Positions 28,506-38,667 of a DNA stretch of 64,000 bases are shown piece after piece (within the stretch, counting starts at the first letter, position 1; every line of letters starts with the position of its first letter). The DNA comes from an uncultured Oscillospiraceae bacterium (GTDB taxonomy: Bacteria > Bacillota > Clostridia > Oscillospirales > Oscillospiraceae). The DNA lies in assembly GCA_949841355.1 (NCBI GenBank), contig CATKZP010000001.1, positions 173,682 to 237,681 of the forward strand, written 5' to 3'. A program made the translations under genes and the position numbers. The notes below the pieces were generated by a model. The model searched no databases and was not told the DNA's origin. It saw only the letters and a list, made by a program, of their open reading frames with translations.

Positions 28506-29429
28506 TTAGTCAATTCGCTTTGGTTTGATGTGGCTGTGCATATAGGCCCCGCCCCGCCCACTCCTGCGGCCCACAGAGGCCATGTGGGTATCGGGTAGTG
28601 CTCCGGTAAGGGTGGGCGGAAGAAGGCTGCTGTGCGCCACGGAAACGGGCTTGTGGAATGCCTTATCCTTGCCGACCGGGGATGCCGAGATAGCCGCCTG
28701 TTGAACCGCAGCGTGGCCGACCGAGAACCCGGTCCTCGCGGTTCGATCCTCCCCGATTGGTGTATAGGAAAAATCCGTTGCCACAGATCCGCCGTGCGCA
28801 ACAGCCATATCCCAGATGAGTTCCCGGTCTTTTCCGATGGGGAGGTACTTGTAGAACGTCCCGATGGCTCCGCCGTGGGAAATGGGCAGGTCAAAGCGGT
28901 AGGTGCGGTATGTCCTCACATATAGCCGCATACCTACGCCGGCGGCGACAATGCGCTTGATTGCCCAGGCGATAGGCTCGATCAGGTCTTGCCGCTCCTG
29001 CGTCAGGAGCAGCCAGTCCACATAGAGGGCAATCTTGGCCGGGAACACGTCCTCGAACTCAACATCGTGGTTCTCGACGCCCAGTAGGTCAGCGGCGGCC
29101 CTGATGACTGTATCGGTATCGCCGCCGGATAGCTGGGACAGAATCTTGACCCGGATTGCGAGGCGGTACAGCGCATCGCTCTCGCTGAACCGCTGAACAC
29201 CCCAGTTGGCCCCATACCTGTCCAGGACAGCGCCCCTCGCCGCCTCCAGGTCATCCCATTGCTTTACCAGCTCCGCGTTTTCCTGGACGATGTCCAGGCC
29301 CCAGGCGAACAGAGAGAACAGCTTGCCGATGTTCGTCTCCAGCGGTCGGCCCTGCTGGTGGTTATCGTAGTCCTTCCGGCTGTAGGCGCTGGTCAGCGCA
29401 TACAGCATTTCAGATAGATAGTTCTTCAC
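28506..29429 (-). CDS. Baseplate wedge protein (gp48/DUF2612-like)
   Basis: GAVLDRYGANWGVQR..SDALYRLAIRVKI motif; follows baseplate J. Confidence 0.65.
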   Translation of the reverse strand: MKNYLSEMLYALTSAYSRKDYDNHQQGRPLETNIGKLFSLFAWGLDIVQENAELVKQWDDLEAARGAVLDRYGANWGVQRFSESDALYRLAIRVKILSQLSGGDTDTVIRAAADLLGVENHDVEFEDVFPAKIALYVDWLLLTQERQDLIEPIAWAIKRIVAAGVGMRLYVRTYRTYRFDLPISHGGAIGTFYKYLPIGKDRELIWDMAVAHGGSVATDFSYTPIGEDRTARTGFSVGHAAVQQAAISASPVGKDKAFHKPVSVAHSSLLPPTLTGALPDTHMASVGRRSGRGGAYMHSHIKPKRID

Positions 29430-30604
29430 TCCACGATCACCATGCTTTCATCGGTGACGGCCTTCTCCCTGGCAGCAACCTCGATGTTCTTCCAGCTGAA
29501 GTGCTCACCATCGGAGCTGATCTGGAGGTCGAAGTCCACCACCCCCGGCACCTTCAGAACAATCGTGGGCAGGGTCACGTTGATAACGTCCTGCCCTATG
29601 TTCAGTCCGCCGCGAGTGTTCACGCCAATGTGCTGGATGATGGCCTGTTTGATCCGCTCGATGCCGTCCAGGGGGAACTTGCTGTCCGTTACGAGGTTGA
29701 ACACCTTCACCCATATGCCGACGGGGGTCGGGCGGCTGAAATGGACATCGTAAAGCCTCCCGTCAGCCTTGACCACGGAGACCGTTGTGTTTCCGTAGGT
29801 CTGGATGCCTGCGGCCTTCCGGCGGTAGATGGCTTTCGCCACGTCCTCGTCCAATCCTCCGTATGCAACGATCTCAACAGAGTGAGGGGGCAGCCCGGTC
29901 TTGCTCTCAAAGTCGGTGTCGTTCTCCTCCCCGGCGACTGCGATGACTGCCTCAACGCTCTCGTAAATCTCCGCGATAATGGCGTCGATGTTCACGCCGC
30001 CGGCGAAGTCCACCGATTTGTAGTACCGTTCCCGGAACTCGGCGGGGGTTTCTGTGTTTCTGCCGCCTTCAAAGGCTTTCTCGTTTGTCACAGACCTGAT
30101 GCCGAGTTTCGGATTTGAAATGTTCTTTATCGTTCCCTCGGCGGAATTGCCGTCAGGCCCAGCGACCGCCGCCGACGCCGGGAGGGTCACGCTGCCGCCT
30201 GTGATCACTCCGGCTCTGAGCGTGACATACTGCACCCCGGCTGTGGTCTCGGCAAGAAAGCCCGCCGGGACCTCCACATTGTCGTCGCCGTAAAATGTCA
30301 GGTAGCCCATGGCTTTCTGCGCTCCCAGGAGCCGTATACCGATCATCCGGCCAAGGTGGAGGAGGCTGGCGCCAACCGCAGTGTCAACGAACCGGCTGTT
30401 GTACACATCCTCCAGAGTAGAGAACAGGAGGTTCAGCACCCAAGCGAAGATCCGCAGGAAGATTCCGAGCGGGGATCGGACGGTCAGGTTGGCCTTGGAG
30501 CCGAACAACTCACGGGCCTTGTACTCCAGGGCATCCAGCAGCTCCGCATAGGTCGGACGCCTAAAGCCAGCATCGGTCAGGCCCCACTCGTTCGGTTTCG
30601 CCAT
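29426..30604 (-). CDS. Baseplate J/gp47 family protein
   Basis: GLTDAGFRRPTYAELL, GGRNTETPAEFRERY. Confidence 0.88.
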   Translation of the reverse strand: MAKPNEWGLTDAGFRRPTYAELLDALEYKARELFGSKANLTVRSPLGIFLRIFAWVLNLLFSTLEDVYNSRFVDTAVGASLLHLGRMIGIRLLGAQKAMGYLTFYGDDNVEVPAGFLAETTAGVQYVTLRAGVITGGSVTLPASAAVAGPDGNSAEGTIKNISNPKLGIRSVTNEKAFEGGRNTETPAEFRERYYKSVDFAGGVNIDAIIAEIYESVEAVIAVAGEENDTDFESKTGLPPHSVEIVAYGGLDEDVAKAIYRRKAAGIQTYGNTTVSVVKADGRLYDVHFSRPTPVGIWVKVFNLVTDSKFPLDGIERIKQAIIQHIGVNTRGGLNIGQDVINVTLPTIVLKVPGVVDFDLQISSDGEHFSWKNIEVAAREKAVTDESMVIVE

Positions 30605-30975
30605 TACGCTGTCACCTCCAATTCGATGGTCTCGCCGCTGACGAGCGTGGCCGAAAACTCAGCCGTCACGCTCCGCCCGTCATATGAGACATTGAGTGTG
30701 TCTATCCGGGAAACCTCATCTTCCTGGAAGATGGCCTCTCGGACAATGTCTTGGATTTCGTTGATGTCTATTTCGTTCTGATTCGTGCCCATAATGCGCT
30801 CATAGTCGGTGCCATGTACCAGGTCGGCGAAGAACTCAGCCTTCCAGGTCAGGAGCGCGTGGCGCACGTTCTGGACGGTCGTATCAGCACCATAGATTTT
30901 CACGAAATTGCCGCCCCCATCGAAAACCAGATCGCGGGTCTCAGGGTCAATCAGCAAGGTCATGTCCTCATCCAT
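30604..30975 (-). CDS. Baseplate wedge initiator (DUF2634/gp46-like)
   Basis: DLVFDGGGNF, WKAEFFADLVHGTDY; position before baseplate J. Confidence 0.7.
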   Translation of the reverse strand: MDEDMTLLIDPETRDLVFDGGGNFVKIYGADTTVQNVRHALLTWKAEFFADLVHGTDYERIMGTNQNEIDINEIQDIVREAIFQEDEVSRIDTLNVSYDGRSVTAEFSATLVSGETIELEVTA

Positions 30976-31002
30976 ATGGCCGCGCTCCTTTCTCCATCCG
31001 GG

Positions 31003-31275
31003 TTACGCTCCGAACTGCAAGCCCAGGTGGGCATACAACCCTCGCGTGAGCTGCTTTTCGATTTCATCCACATAGACGGTCACGGGCTTGCCGTTCACCC
31101 GGATTTCCCGCGTCTCCCGGAGGAGCGGCTGGGCCGCAGAGTCTGCCGCAGGCTGGGAGGCAGACATGGACAACGGAGGCTCAGGCAGAAAGCCAAGGGC
31201 CTCCATGCACTTGTGGTCGCAGGTATCGACATACGGGCAGGACTGGCAGCCTGCCGCGAGTTTTGACAGTCCCAT
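31003..31275 (-). CDS. Hypothetical protein with CxxCxxxxxC N-terminus
   Basis: RBS AAAGGAG; inserted between PAAR and wedge genes. Confidence 0.6.
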   Translation of the reverse strand: MGLSKLAAGCQSCPYVDTCDHKCMEALGFLPEPPLSMSASQPAADSAAQPLLRETREIRVNGKPVTVYVDEIEKQLTRGLYAHLGLQFGA

Positions 31276-31412
31276 TGGGAAGTCTCCTTTCAGAACCGGC
31301 CACAGAGTTGCGCAGTGCCCCCAGGAAGGCGGGGATACGGCGCAAGGTGGGTAAGGGTTGGGCTAAAGATAAAAGCCGCTGTGGGCGGCTTAAAATCGCT
31401 TGCAGGGGGCAG

Positions 31413-31703
31413 TCACCCGCCTATGACCACGTTGCCGCTGCCGTCCTGGACTGCTCCGCCTATGGAGACGGCATCGCCAACGCGGGCGGCGGGTTTCCCG
31501 TTGATGACCACCTTGGAACTCCCGGCGGCAATTACATCCTGATGGCCAGGATGCGTCACGCAGCCGTGGGCGGAATAGTGGTCCCCCACACGTCCGGCCG
31601 GCCTCCCGTTGATGTAAACGTTGGGACTCCCCTCAACGAGGGGGACAGGCGGGCAGGCGTCATGCCCGGTGCAGTTATCGTTCAGCCTCGTAGCCGCCGG
31701 CAT
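31413..31703 (-). CDS. PAAR-repeat spike tip protein
   Basis: MPAATRLND, GRPAGRVGD, GKPAARVGD with metal-binding His/Cys. Confidence 0.92.
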   Translation of the reverse strand: MPAATRLNDNCTGHDACPPVPLVEGSPNVYINGRPAGRVGDHYSAHGCVTHPGHQDVIAAGSSKVVINGKPAARVGDAVSIGGAVQDGSGNVVIGG

Positions 31704-31714
31704 AGAATCACCTC

Positions 31715-32314
31715 CTAATTGAGATACACCTTGTCGCCGGTCGTGACCACCATCTTCCCACCCAGCGTGATGGTCATGTCGGTGGACTTCATATCAATCG
31801 AAGTGGCGGCGAACTCGGCAGTAGTGTCTTCGTTCTTCACAATCACCTTGTCCTTGGTGACAGCAACGTAAATCTTGCCGTCCTCAGTGGCAATGCAGAT
31901 GCTCTCATCAGGCAGGCCCTTTACCGCGTAGCTCCCGGCCACCAGCGCCCCCATAAAGATGGCGTCGGTCGTGGCGTGGTTCCGCTCGGTCAGGGGCTTG
32001 GCCTCCTTGCCCCCGGTCACGGTGGCATCCATATCGTGGTCCAAGTAGACCACGGTGCCGATGTCACCCTCTTTTATCCAGGGGCGGAAGATAAAGCCGC
32101 CGCAGTGCGTGAGGGCAACGGGTACCTTCAGAATTGGCGGCTGGCTTTCGTACTTACCGTTCTCCAGGTGTTTGGAGAGCGGCTGGACGTTCACGGTCAT
32201 CTTTGCGGGATCAAAGGACATCACCTGCACCGTAGCGGCCACGCAGATGGATTCCCGGAGCTTGTCATCGTGAATCCGCTGGTAATTGTACTGGTTTACA
32301 TCAGCCAGTCCCAT
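31715..32314 (-). CDS. Central spike protein (Gp138-like)
   Basis: FDPAKMTVNVQP, PWIKEGDIG..YLDHDMD, RNHATTDAIF. Confidence 0.75.
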   Translation of the reverse strand: MGLADVNQYNYQRIHDDKLRESICVAATVQVMSFDPAKMTVNVQPLSKHLENGKYESQPPILKVPVALTHCGGFIFRPWIKEGDIGTVVYLDHDMDATVTGGKEAKPLTERNHATTDAIFMGALVAGSYAVKGLPDESICIATEDGKIYVAVTKDKVIVKNEDTTAEFAATSIDMKSTDMTITLGGKMVVTTGDKVYLN

Positions 32315-32327
32315 GAACAATCCCTCC

Positions 32328-33170
32328 TCAGTATGGTTTCAGCTCCATGGAAGTCTTCCAATCCCCGGTCCGGCCTCCCTTGTGGCTGCCCTTCACTACA
32401 ATGAACCTGCCGTTCAAGTCGCTGGACTGGACCTTCACGACCTCGGCGGTGGCGATGCTGTAGTTGAGCAGGCAGGAGCGGGAGATGGTATCCTCTTTTC
32501 GATCCTCCCCGGTCTTCTGCGAGTTCAGGTCGGTCTCGACCTGGATGGCAACGGTTTCCTCGTCGGAGCGGAGGAGGCCGGTCGCCGGGGTGAGCGTGAC
32601 GCCGTTATTGATACCGTCATCCGCCTTTGTGATGTAGACCTGCCCAGTGGTTCGGACTATGAACCGGCTCTTGCACTCATTCACCACGATCTCCGTGAGC
32701 ACCTTCTTCAGATTCCCCCGGCAGACGCGGCCCCGCGGGTAGCTGGTGTCGATGGACAACTCACACCTGGCGACCTCCACCCCAAAGATGTTCAACAGGT
32801 CCCGGATGATCGCGGACGCCTTTACGTTCTCCGTGTAGGTCTTGTTGACGATCCGTCCCAGGATTTCCTCCGCACAGGGCTGGACGGTCAGGGTGGACGT
32901 CCAATCCACATTGTTCTGCTTGTGCTTCAGTCCGACCACCTTGCCGACCAGGATGCAGCCGACGTTCCCCTGGTAGCCGGCGTTCAAGATCACGGGATCG
33001 TCTTTCTTGATGCCGTTGCGGGTATTAGCGGAGAGGTTTGTCACGGTCACGGTAGCCACCGGGGGCTCGTCGCTGTCCTCGAAGGGAATATTGAACGTGA
33101 AGTTCATTCCGTCCAGATCGTACTTGCTGTTCCCGATGACCAGTGTAGCCGCCCGAATCCAAAAGGCCAT
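32328..33170 (-). CDS. Baseplate hub protein
   Basis: ATVTVTNLS, VILNAGY motifs; position. Confidence 0.7.
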   Translation of the reverse strand: MAFWIRAATLVIGNSKYDLDGMNFTFNIPFEDSDEPPVATVTVTNLSANTRNGIKKDDPVILNAGYQGNVGCILVGKVVGLKHKQNNVDWTSTLTVQPCAEEILGRIVNKTYTENVKASAIIRDLLNIFGVEVARCELSIDTSYPRGRVCRGNLKKVLTEIVVNECKSRFIVRTTGQVYITKADDGINNGVTLTPATGLLRSDEETVAIQVETDLNSQKTGEDRKEDTISRSCLLNYSIATAEVVKVQSSDLNGRFIVVKGSHKGGRTGDWKTSMELKPY

Positions 33171-33171
33171 A

Positions 33172-33528
33172 TCACTCCACCTTCCTTTCGTGGAGGTAGA
33201 GTTTCACATCCTTCCCGAAGTTCTCCCATGTGACCTCGGAGATGCTGTCGCCGGTAATGCAGGACGGGATGATGACCGGGATTGGGAACCGCTCATCCTC
33301 GACCACGTTGAACAGGGGACGGCCATAGCGGACGATCTCCCCGAAGGTGAGGACGTTTCCGTTCACATCGTACAGGTCAATCGTGAAGAACTTCCCGGTG
33401 GCGTTGTACTTGACCGTGAACGAGTAGGTGCGGTCAGTCAGCTTCACCGAAAAGGTGTATGGCACACGCGACACGTCGATGGTGATATACTGCACATCAG
33501 AGTTCAGGTCTATCAGCTGCAGGGCCAT
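33172..33528 (-). CDS. Baseplate plug-like protein
   Basis: YSFTVKYN..FFTIDLYD motif; position. Confidence 0.6.
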   Translation of the reverse strand: MALQLIDLNSDVQYITIDVSRVPYTFSVKLTDRTYSFTVKYNATGKFFTIDLYDVNGNVLTFGEIVRYGRPLFNVVEDERFPIPVIIPSCITGDSISEVTWENFGKDVKLYLHERKVE

Positions 33529-33540
33529 ATTCGTTCCCCC

Positions 33541-34134
33541 TTACACGGCGAGGCCGTCATAGGCCCCGGTCTGCCTCGTCAACGGAGCGGCACTGCTGGG
33601 CTGTGTGTACGCTGCACCATGCCGCTCCACGCTGGCCGAGCTTACCGACTGCAGGGACACCATCGTCAGGCCGGCGTTGGCTGTTTTCGCCAGCTGCTGG
33701 TCTTCAGCCTTTCCATCATCCTGGCTGGTCATTGGCAGCGCGCCATCCATCGGGACATACTCCGCGGAACTGATCTGTACCTGCTTTAGAGTCGCAGAGA
33801 AGGATGCGCCGTTCCTGTTCTTATACGAGCGGTCAAACTTGAGGCTCGTGAAGACGAGGTTGGACATCCGAGTGACGCCTATATAGGTGATGATATCCCG
33901 CGAGGCCCGCATGGCTTTCAGAGCGTTTATTGCGCTGTTTCCGCCGATAATCACGCCGGAGATATTGAGAGTGCCGGATGCATTGTTCACATGGTCGTTT
34001 ATCTCGGCACCGTTCTCAATCGGATTGGAGGTGACGGTGCTGCTGTAACTCTCACTTTCCTTCTCAACGACACCGTTTTTCAAAGGCTCAAAGCGGACTG
34101 TACCGCCCTTCCTGCTGGTGAGTATATAGGCCAT
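33541..34134 (-). CDS. Baseplate/Dit-like tail protein
   Basis: ESYSSTVTSNPIENGAEINDH motif. Confidence 0.7.
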   Translation of the reverse strand: MAYILTSRKGGTVRFEPLKNGVVEKESESYSSTVTSNPIENGAEINDHVNNASGTLNISGVIIGGNSAINALKAMRASRDIITYIGVTRMSNLVFTSLKFDRSYKNRNGASFSATLKQVQISSAEYVPMDGALPMTSQDDGKAEDQQLAKTANAGLTMVSLQSVSSASVERHGAAYTQPSSAAPLTRQTGAYDGLAV

Positions 34135-34154
34135 ACCGCCACCTCCAATTTCGG

Positions 34155-34538
34155 CTATGGTTTCACATCGACTGTGGGTAACACCTCGGTGTGGAAATAA
34201 AGCTGATAGTGGTACGGGTCTGTGTGTGTCCCCGTGATGTCCTCAACAACGTACAGGGTATAGTCATTGAGGTAGATATAGTTTTTCTTATACTCGTTCT
34301 GGCCCACCTTGCAGGTCACGACCAGTTCACTCGCGGAGTTATTGCTGACGCTCATATAGCCTTCCGCTTCCAGGATGATGGTGTCGGTGCGAGCATTGTA
34401 AACGGTGATCCTGCGCTCGCACTCGAAGTAATCAGCCTGTTTGGACAGATTGGTGTTCACTTTGTCCGCCTCGGAGCAGGCAGACAAAGTGATGAGACAC
34501 AGCATAAGTGTAAAAAGTCCGGCAAACAGTTTTTTCAT
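34155..34538 (-). CDS. Phage-encoded lipoprotein
   Basis: MKKLFAGLFTLMLCLITLSA-C lipobox signal peptide. Confidence 0.75.
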   Translation of the reverse strand: MKKLFAGLFTLMLCLITLSACSEADKVNTNLSKQADYFECERRITVYNARTDTIILEAEGYMSVSNNSASELVVTCKVGQNEYKKNYIYLNDYTLYVVEDITGTHTDPYHYQLYFHTEVLPTVDVKP

Positions 34539-34552
34539 GATGTTTCCTCCAA

Positions 34553-37500
34553 TCAAAATGCGTATTGGTTCTTGAGAGCCGCCTGCTGAAGCTCCTCCTC
34601 GCGGAACTCATCGTACAGCTCCCTCATCTTGGTCTCAAATTCAGCCATAAGCTGCGCCCGCATCTCCTCCAAGGCCTCGCTGTCTGCGTTGCCCTCAACC
34701 GTAATCTGGACCGTGACTGTCGGGGAGAAGGTAAACCCACCACCGCCATTCCCGGTAGAGCCGCCGTCCGGCTCAGGGATGCCGCCGTTGCCGCCGCCAT
34801 CAACCTGCTCAGGATAGCCGCCCTCACCGTCTTCATCGCCGGCATACTGTTCGTAGCTTGGGGGATTGAAGTCTTCAACAAGCGGGTTCACGCTGTAGGT
34901 AACGTCGGAAACGGACGGAGTATTGACGTCCTCAATGATGGGGCTGACCTTGTAAACGGAATCAGCAATGGCGTTTCCGATTTCGTCAATTCCCTCAACA
35001 TTCGGATACACACCATAGGTCACATCAGCAGGGCCGTTCGGCTCAGGAACATCAATTTCAGGCCCATCCAGATTTGTCGGGACAGCCCCCTTAATGTCCT
35101 CAGTGACGTCCTTCATGCTGTCACCGAAGCCCTTACCGAGACCCAAGGCCATATTGTCGCCGATTTCAGCGAATACAGTAGACGGGCTGTGGATGCCCAG
35201 GAAGCCCTTGATGCCGTTTACAATGTCGCCTGCGAAGCCCTTGACCTTATCAGCCACCCAGCTCGCCATTGATGATATGCCGCTCCACAGGCCCTCCACA
35301 ATGCTCTTGCCAACGCCAAGCACCATGCCGGGTATCTCGCCGAACGCACCGAGAATAGCCGCTCCAATCGCCGGCAACTGCGCCACAAGCTGAGGTATCG
35401 CAGAGATGATACCGGCCCCCAGCTCCAGGAGCAGGGTCACGCCGGTCGAAACTATGGAGGGGAAGTTCTCGCTCAGGGTGCCAACGATGCCGGTAATAAT
35501 GGCGGGTATCTGTCCGATCAGTTCAGGCAGGGCCCCTATGATGCCGGTGGCCAGCGAGGTGAGTATCTGGACGCCCTGTTCCAGGATCGTGGGCAGGTTC
35601 TCTGTGACGAAGCCGCAGATGGACGTGACCACCTCCGGCAGCATTTCGACCAGCGTGGGTATCGCGCCAATGATGCCGTCTGTCAGCGACAGCAGAATGG
35701 TGGAACCTTGCTCCAGAATGGTGGGCAGGCTCTCTGTCAGGAAGCCAAGTATCTGGTCAATCAGCTCCGGCAACTGCCCAATGAGCACTGGAATTGCGCC
35801 AATGATACCGTCAGCCAAACCGCTGATGAGCTGCATCCCAGCATCAATCACCAGGGGCAGATTCTCTATCAGTGTCCCGGCCATGAGCATCACTGTCTCG
35901 ACCATGGACGGTATCAGCGTGGGAAGCATATCGCCGAGGCCAGACGCCAGCGACGCGATGATTTCCATGGCCGCCCCGGCCAGCACTGGCAGGCTGCTCA
36001 GGATGCCGTCACCCAGCAGGGTCACGATCTGGATTGCCGCATCGATAATCAGCGGCGAGTTGTCCAACAACCCCTGGCCCAGCGCGCCAAGCAGCTGCAT
36101 CCCGGCATCAATTGCGGTCGGTAGCATTTCGACGATCATGCCGAGGCCGTCACTCAGGATTCCGCCGAGGGCACCCATCGCCCCGGTCAGGCCACCCTCC
36201 TGGAACGCCTCCGAGAGTTTCGTGACCGAATCTGTGCCGAACTGTGTAAACTGCCGCAGGGATGGGGTCAGCCCATCAGAAATAACAATTTGAGCGCCCT
36301 CCAAGGCGCTCTTGAACAGCGTTATATCACCGGCCAGGTTGTCAAGCTGGGTATCGGCCATGGCCTGCGCCGCGCCCGATGTGTTGTCAAAGGCGGTTTG
36401 CAGGTCTCCGAGGTCCCCGCCGAGGGCTTTAACGACATCCTCCTGGGATGTGCCAGCGTCTGCGGCCTCCAGAAGTGCATCGGCAAAGGCTTCGGCGTTG
36501 CCGCCGGAGGTCTTGAGGATGTCAGAGAACGCCTTTTCGCTGATACCGAGCTTGCCGAGGTTGCCCTGCATGGCCGTGAGGTCGATTCCAACATCGGACA
36601 GTGAATCGGACAGGCTGCCCATGTTGACCCACGCACCGTCAATAGCCGCGCCCAGCTCATCGAAACGCTCTGCGCTGGTGCCGAGCATGGCATTTACGGA
36701 CTTCAGGTCTACCTTGTTGAATATCTCATTGAGCGCTTGGGTCTGCTCCTCCTGCGTCAGCGAGGAGAGAGCGCCGTTCAGATCACCAAAGGTCTCGTTC
36801 AGCGGACGCAGGTTGCCTTCTGCATCGAATGCATTTACGCCCAATGCTTCCAGCTGAGCCGCCGCTTTGTCCGTGGGGGCAGACAGAGATAGGATCATGT
36901 TACGGAGGGCCGTTCCGCCTTCCGCGCCCTTGATGCCGTTGTCCGCGAGGACGCCCAGAGCCATACTCAGCTCCGTCGTGCCGCCGGACAGGTTCTTTGC
37001 GGTGCCGCCTACCGTGAGGATCGCATCGCCAAGCTGCTGGACGCTGGTGTTTGACTTGGAGCTCGCCGCCGCCATCTTGTCTACAAGGTCAGCGGTTTCC
37101 CCCATTGACAGCCCCAGCGCAGACTGGGCGTCCGTCACCATGTCCGACGCGGCCGCCAGATCAATGCCGCCCGCCGCTGCCAGGTTCAGCACGTTTGGCA
37201 GCATGGTCATGGATTTCTCGGCATCGTAACCGGCCAGGGCCATGTAGTTCAGCGCGTCAGCTGCTTCGGAGGCGGAGAACGCTGTGTTTGCGCCCATCTC
37301 CTGCGCAAACTCTCGGAGCTGGTTAAAGTTCTGGCTTGCCTCAGAGGTGGCGTCGTTCAGCTCCGCCACAGAATAGCCCATTGTAGCGGCTACCTGGGAC
37401 ATGGACGAATCGAAGGCCATCCCCGTGTTGACGGAGGCGGCAGCGAAGCCGCCAACGGCCACAGTAGCGGCAGTCAGGCCGATTGCCGCCACTTTGCCGA

Positions 37501-38500
37501 TGCCCTTTAGGATGCCGCCCAGCTTTTCAAATTTGCCGCCGGTATTCTCCGCCGCATCGCCCAGATTTTCAACATCTGGTCTGGCGCCGTTCGCCGCGTC
37601 GCCTACATCGTCCGCTGCGTCTGCGGCCTCATTTGCTCCGCGGACAAAATCAATGAACCGGCTCCTGGCGTGGTCTATCGCCCCGCCAAGGCCGCTTTTG
37701 ATGGTCTCTATCGGGTGTGTGAACCCTTCCCTGATGCTGCTTGCCCCGGACACCACGCTGTCCTTGATGCCCGTCATTTTGGTGACAACATTCTCCTTGA
37801 GGTCGGTCACCCTCTCGCCAATATGGGTGATGGCCCCGCCCACGCCGGAGCGGAGGGCCGAGGAGAGGCTGTTGCCGCTGTCTATCCCAGCGAGGAATGA
37901 CTTGCGGAAGGCAGAACCGATACCGCCAGCGTCGTCTTCCAGATCCCCGATGTCATTGGTCAGATCGCGGATGTTGCGCCTGGCTTGATCCACGTCAACA
38001 TCAATGTCGATGTCGCCAGCGCCGTCCCCAAGGCTCCCGATATCATGGGACAGGTCTTGTAAATCGGAGTGGGCCCGGTCTGTGTCAACGTCAACTTCGA
38101 TATCAGGCGGGTCCTGACCGAGGTTGGTAACGCGGTCTTCCAGATTTTGAACATCGGTCTGCGCCCGCTCGGTATCGACTTCAATGTCAATGTCTGCGGA
38201 TCGTTCGCCAAGGCTGCCGATGTCGCCGGTCAGTTCCCGGATACTTTCCTCAGCCTGGTCAGTATCTGCGTCTACGGTGATGTCTGTACCATCAGCGCCG
38301 GACTGAAGGTCCCCGATGTCACCCGCAAGATCACGGATGTTTTCGGACGCCTGTTCAGTATCAGCGATGATGTCCACATCACCCGCAGCCTCGGCCCGCA
38401 GCGTACCAAGCATCCCCATGAGGTTACGGATACCTGCCTCGGCTTGTTCTGTAATTGCTCTTACGGTTATGCCATATGATAAACTGCGGGCCTCATCCAC
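34553..38500 (-). CDS. Tape measure protein (TP901-like core)
   Basis: 1315 aa; FDSSMSQVAATMG, TAFSASEAADALNYMALAG, LADNGIKGAEGGTALRN; LPxLI repeats. Confidence 0.92.
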   Translation of the reverse strand: MDEARSLSYGITVRAITEQAEAGIRNLMGMLGTLRAEAAGDVDIIADTEQASENIRDLAGDIGDLQSGADGTDITVDADTDQAEESIRELTGDIGSLGERSADIDIEVDTERAQTDVQNLEDRVTNLGQDPPDIEVDVDTDRAHSDLQDLSHDIGSLGDGAGDIDIDVDVDQARRNIRDLTNDIGDLEDDAGGIGSAFRKSFLAGIDSGNSLSSALRSGVGGAITHIGERVTDLKENVVTKMTGIKDSVVSGASSIREGFTHPIETIKSGLGGAIDHARSRFIDFVRGANEAADAADDVGDAANGARPDVENLGDAAENTGGKFEKLGGILKGIGKVAAIGLTAATVAVGGFAAASVNTGMAFDSSMSQVAATMGYSVAELNDATSEASQNFNQLREFAQEMGANTAFSASEAADALNYMALAGYDAEKSMTMLPNVLNLAAAGGIDLAAASDMVTDAQSALGLSMGETADLVDKMAAASSKSNTSVQQLGDAILTVGGTAKNLSGGTTELSMALGVLADNGIKGAEGGTALRNMILSLSAPTDKAAAQLEALGVNAFDAEGNLRPLNETFGDLNGALSSLTQEEQTQALNEIFNKVDLKSVNAMLGTSAERFDELGAAIDGAWVNMGSLSDSLSDVGIDLTAMQGNLGKLGISEKAFSDILKTSGGNAEAFADALLEAADAGTSQEDVVKALGGDLGDLQTAFDNTSGAAQAMADTQLDNLAGDITLFKSALEGAQIVISDGLTPSLRQFTQFGTDSVTKLSEAFQEGGLTGAMGALGGILSDGLGMIVEMLPTAIDAGMQLLGALGQGLLDNSPLIIDAAIQIVTLLGDGILSSLPVLAGAAMEIIASLASGLGDMLPTLIPSMVETVMLMAGTLIENLPLVIDAGMQLISGLADGIIGAIPVLIGQLPELIDQILGFLTESLPTILEQGSTILLSLTDGIIGAIPTLVEMLPEVVTSICGFVTENLPTILEQGVQILTSLATGIIGALPELIGQIPAIITGIVGTLSENFPSIVSTGVTLLLELGAGIISAIPQLVAQLPAIGAAILGAFGEIPGMVLGVGKSIVEGLWSGISSMASWVADKVKGFAGDIVNGIKGFLGIHSPSTVFAEIGDNMALGLGKGFGDSMKDVTEDIKGAVPTNLDGPEIDVPEPNGPADVTYGVYPNVEGIDEIGNAIADSVYKVSPIIEDVNTPSVSDVTYSVNPLVEDFNPPSYEQYAGDEDGEGGYPEQVDGGGNGGIPEPDGGSTGNGGGGFTFSPTVTVQITVEGNADSEALEEMRAQLMAEFETKMRELYDEFREEELQQAALKNQYAF

Positions 38501-38519
38501 AAGTCATCCCCCCCTTTCT

Positions 38520-38651
38520 TCATTCGTTTTTGCTGGGTTTCTTGTTCCACACGGTCTGCCAAAGGAGCCGGGCCTGCTCCGCCTCAGCGAACTCCGCCAG
38601 ATCCATCTCCTTGAGTTCAGTGTAGCTGATACCACCCATGCAGAACGTCAT
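38520..38651 (-). CDS. Second tail-assembly-chaperone ORF (gpT-like), possibly reached by frameshift
   Basis: Short ORF overlapping the end of the chaperone in another frame, just before TMP. Confidence 0.5.
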   Translation of the reverse strand: MTFCMGGISYTELKEMDLAEFAEAEQARLLWQTVWNKKPSKNE

Positions 38652-38667
38652 GCGCCAGAACCGTTCT

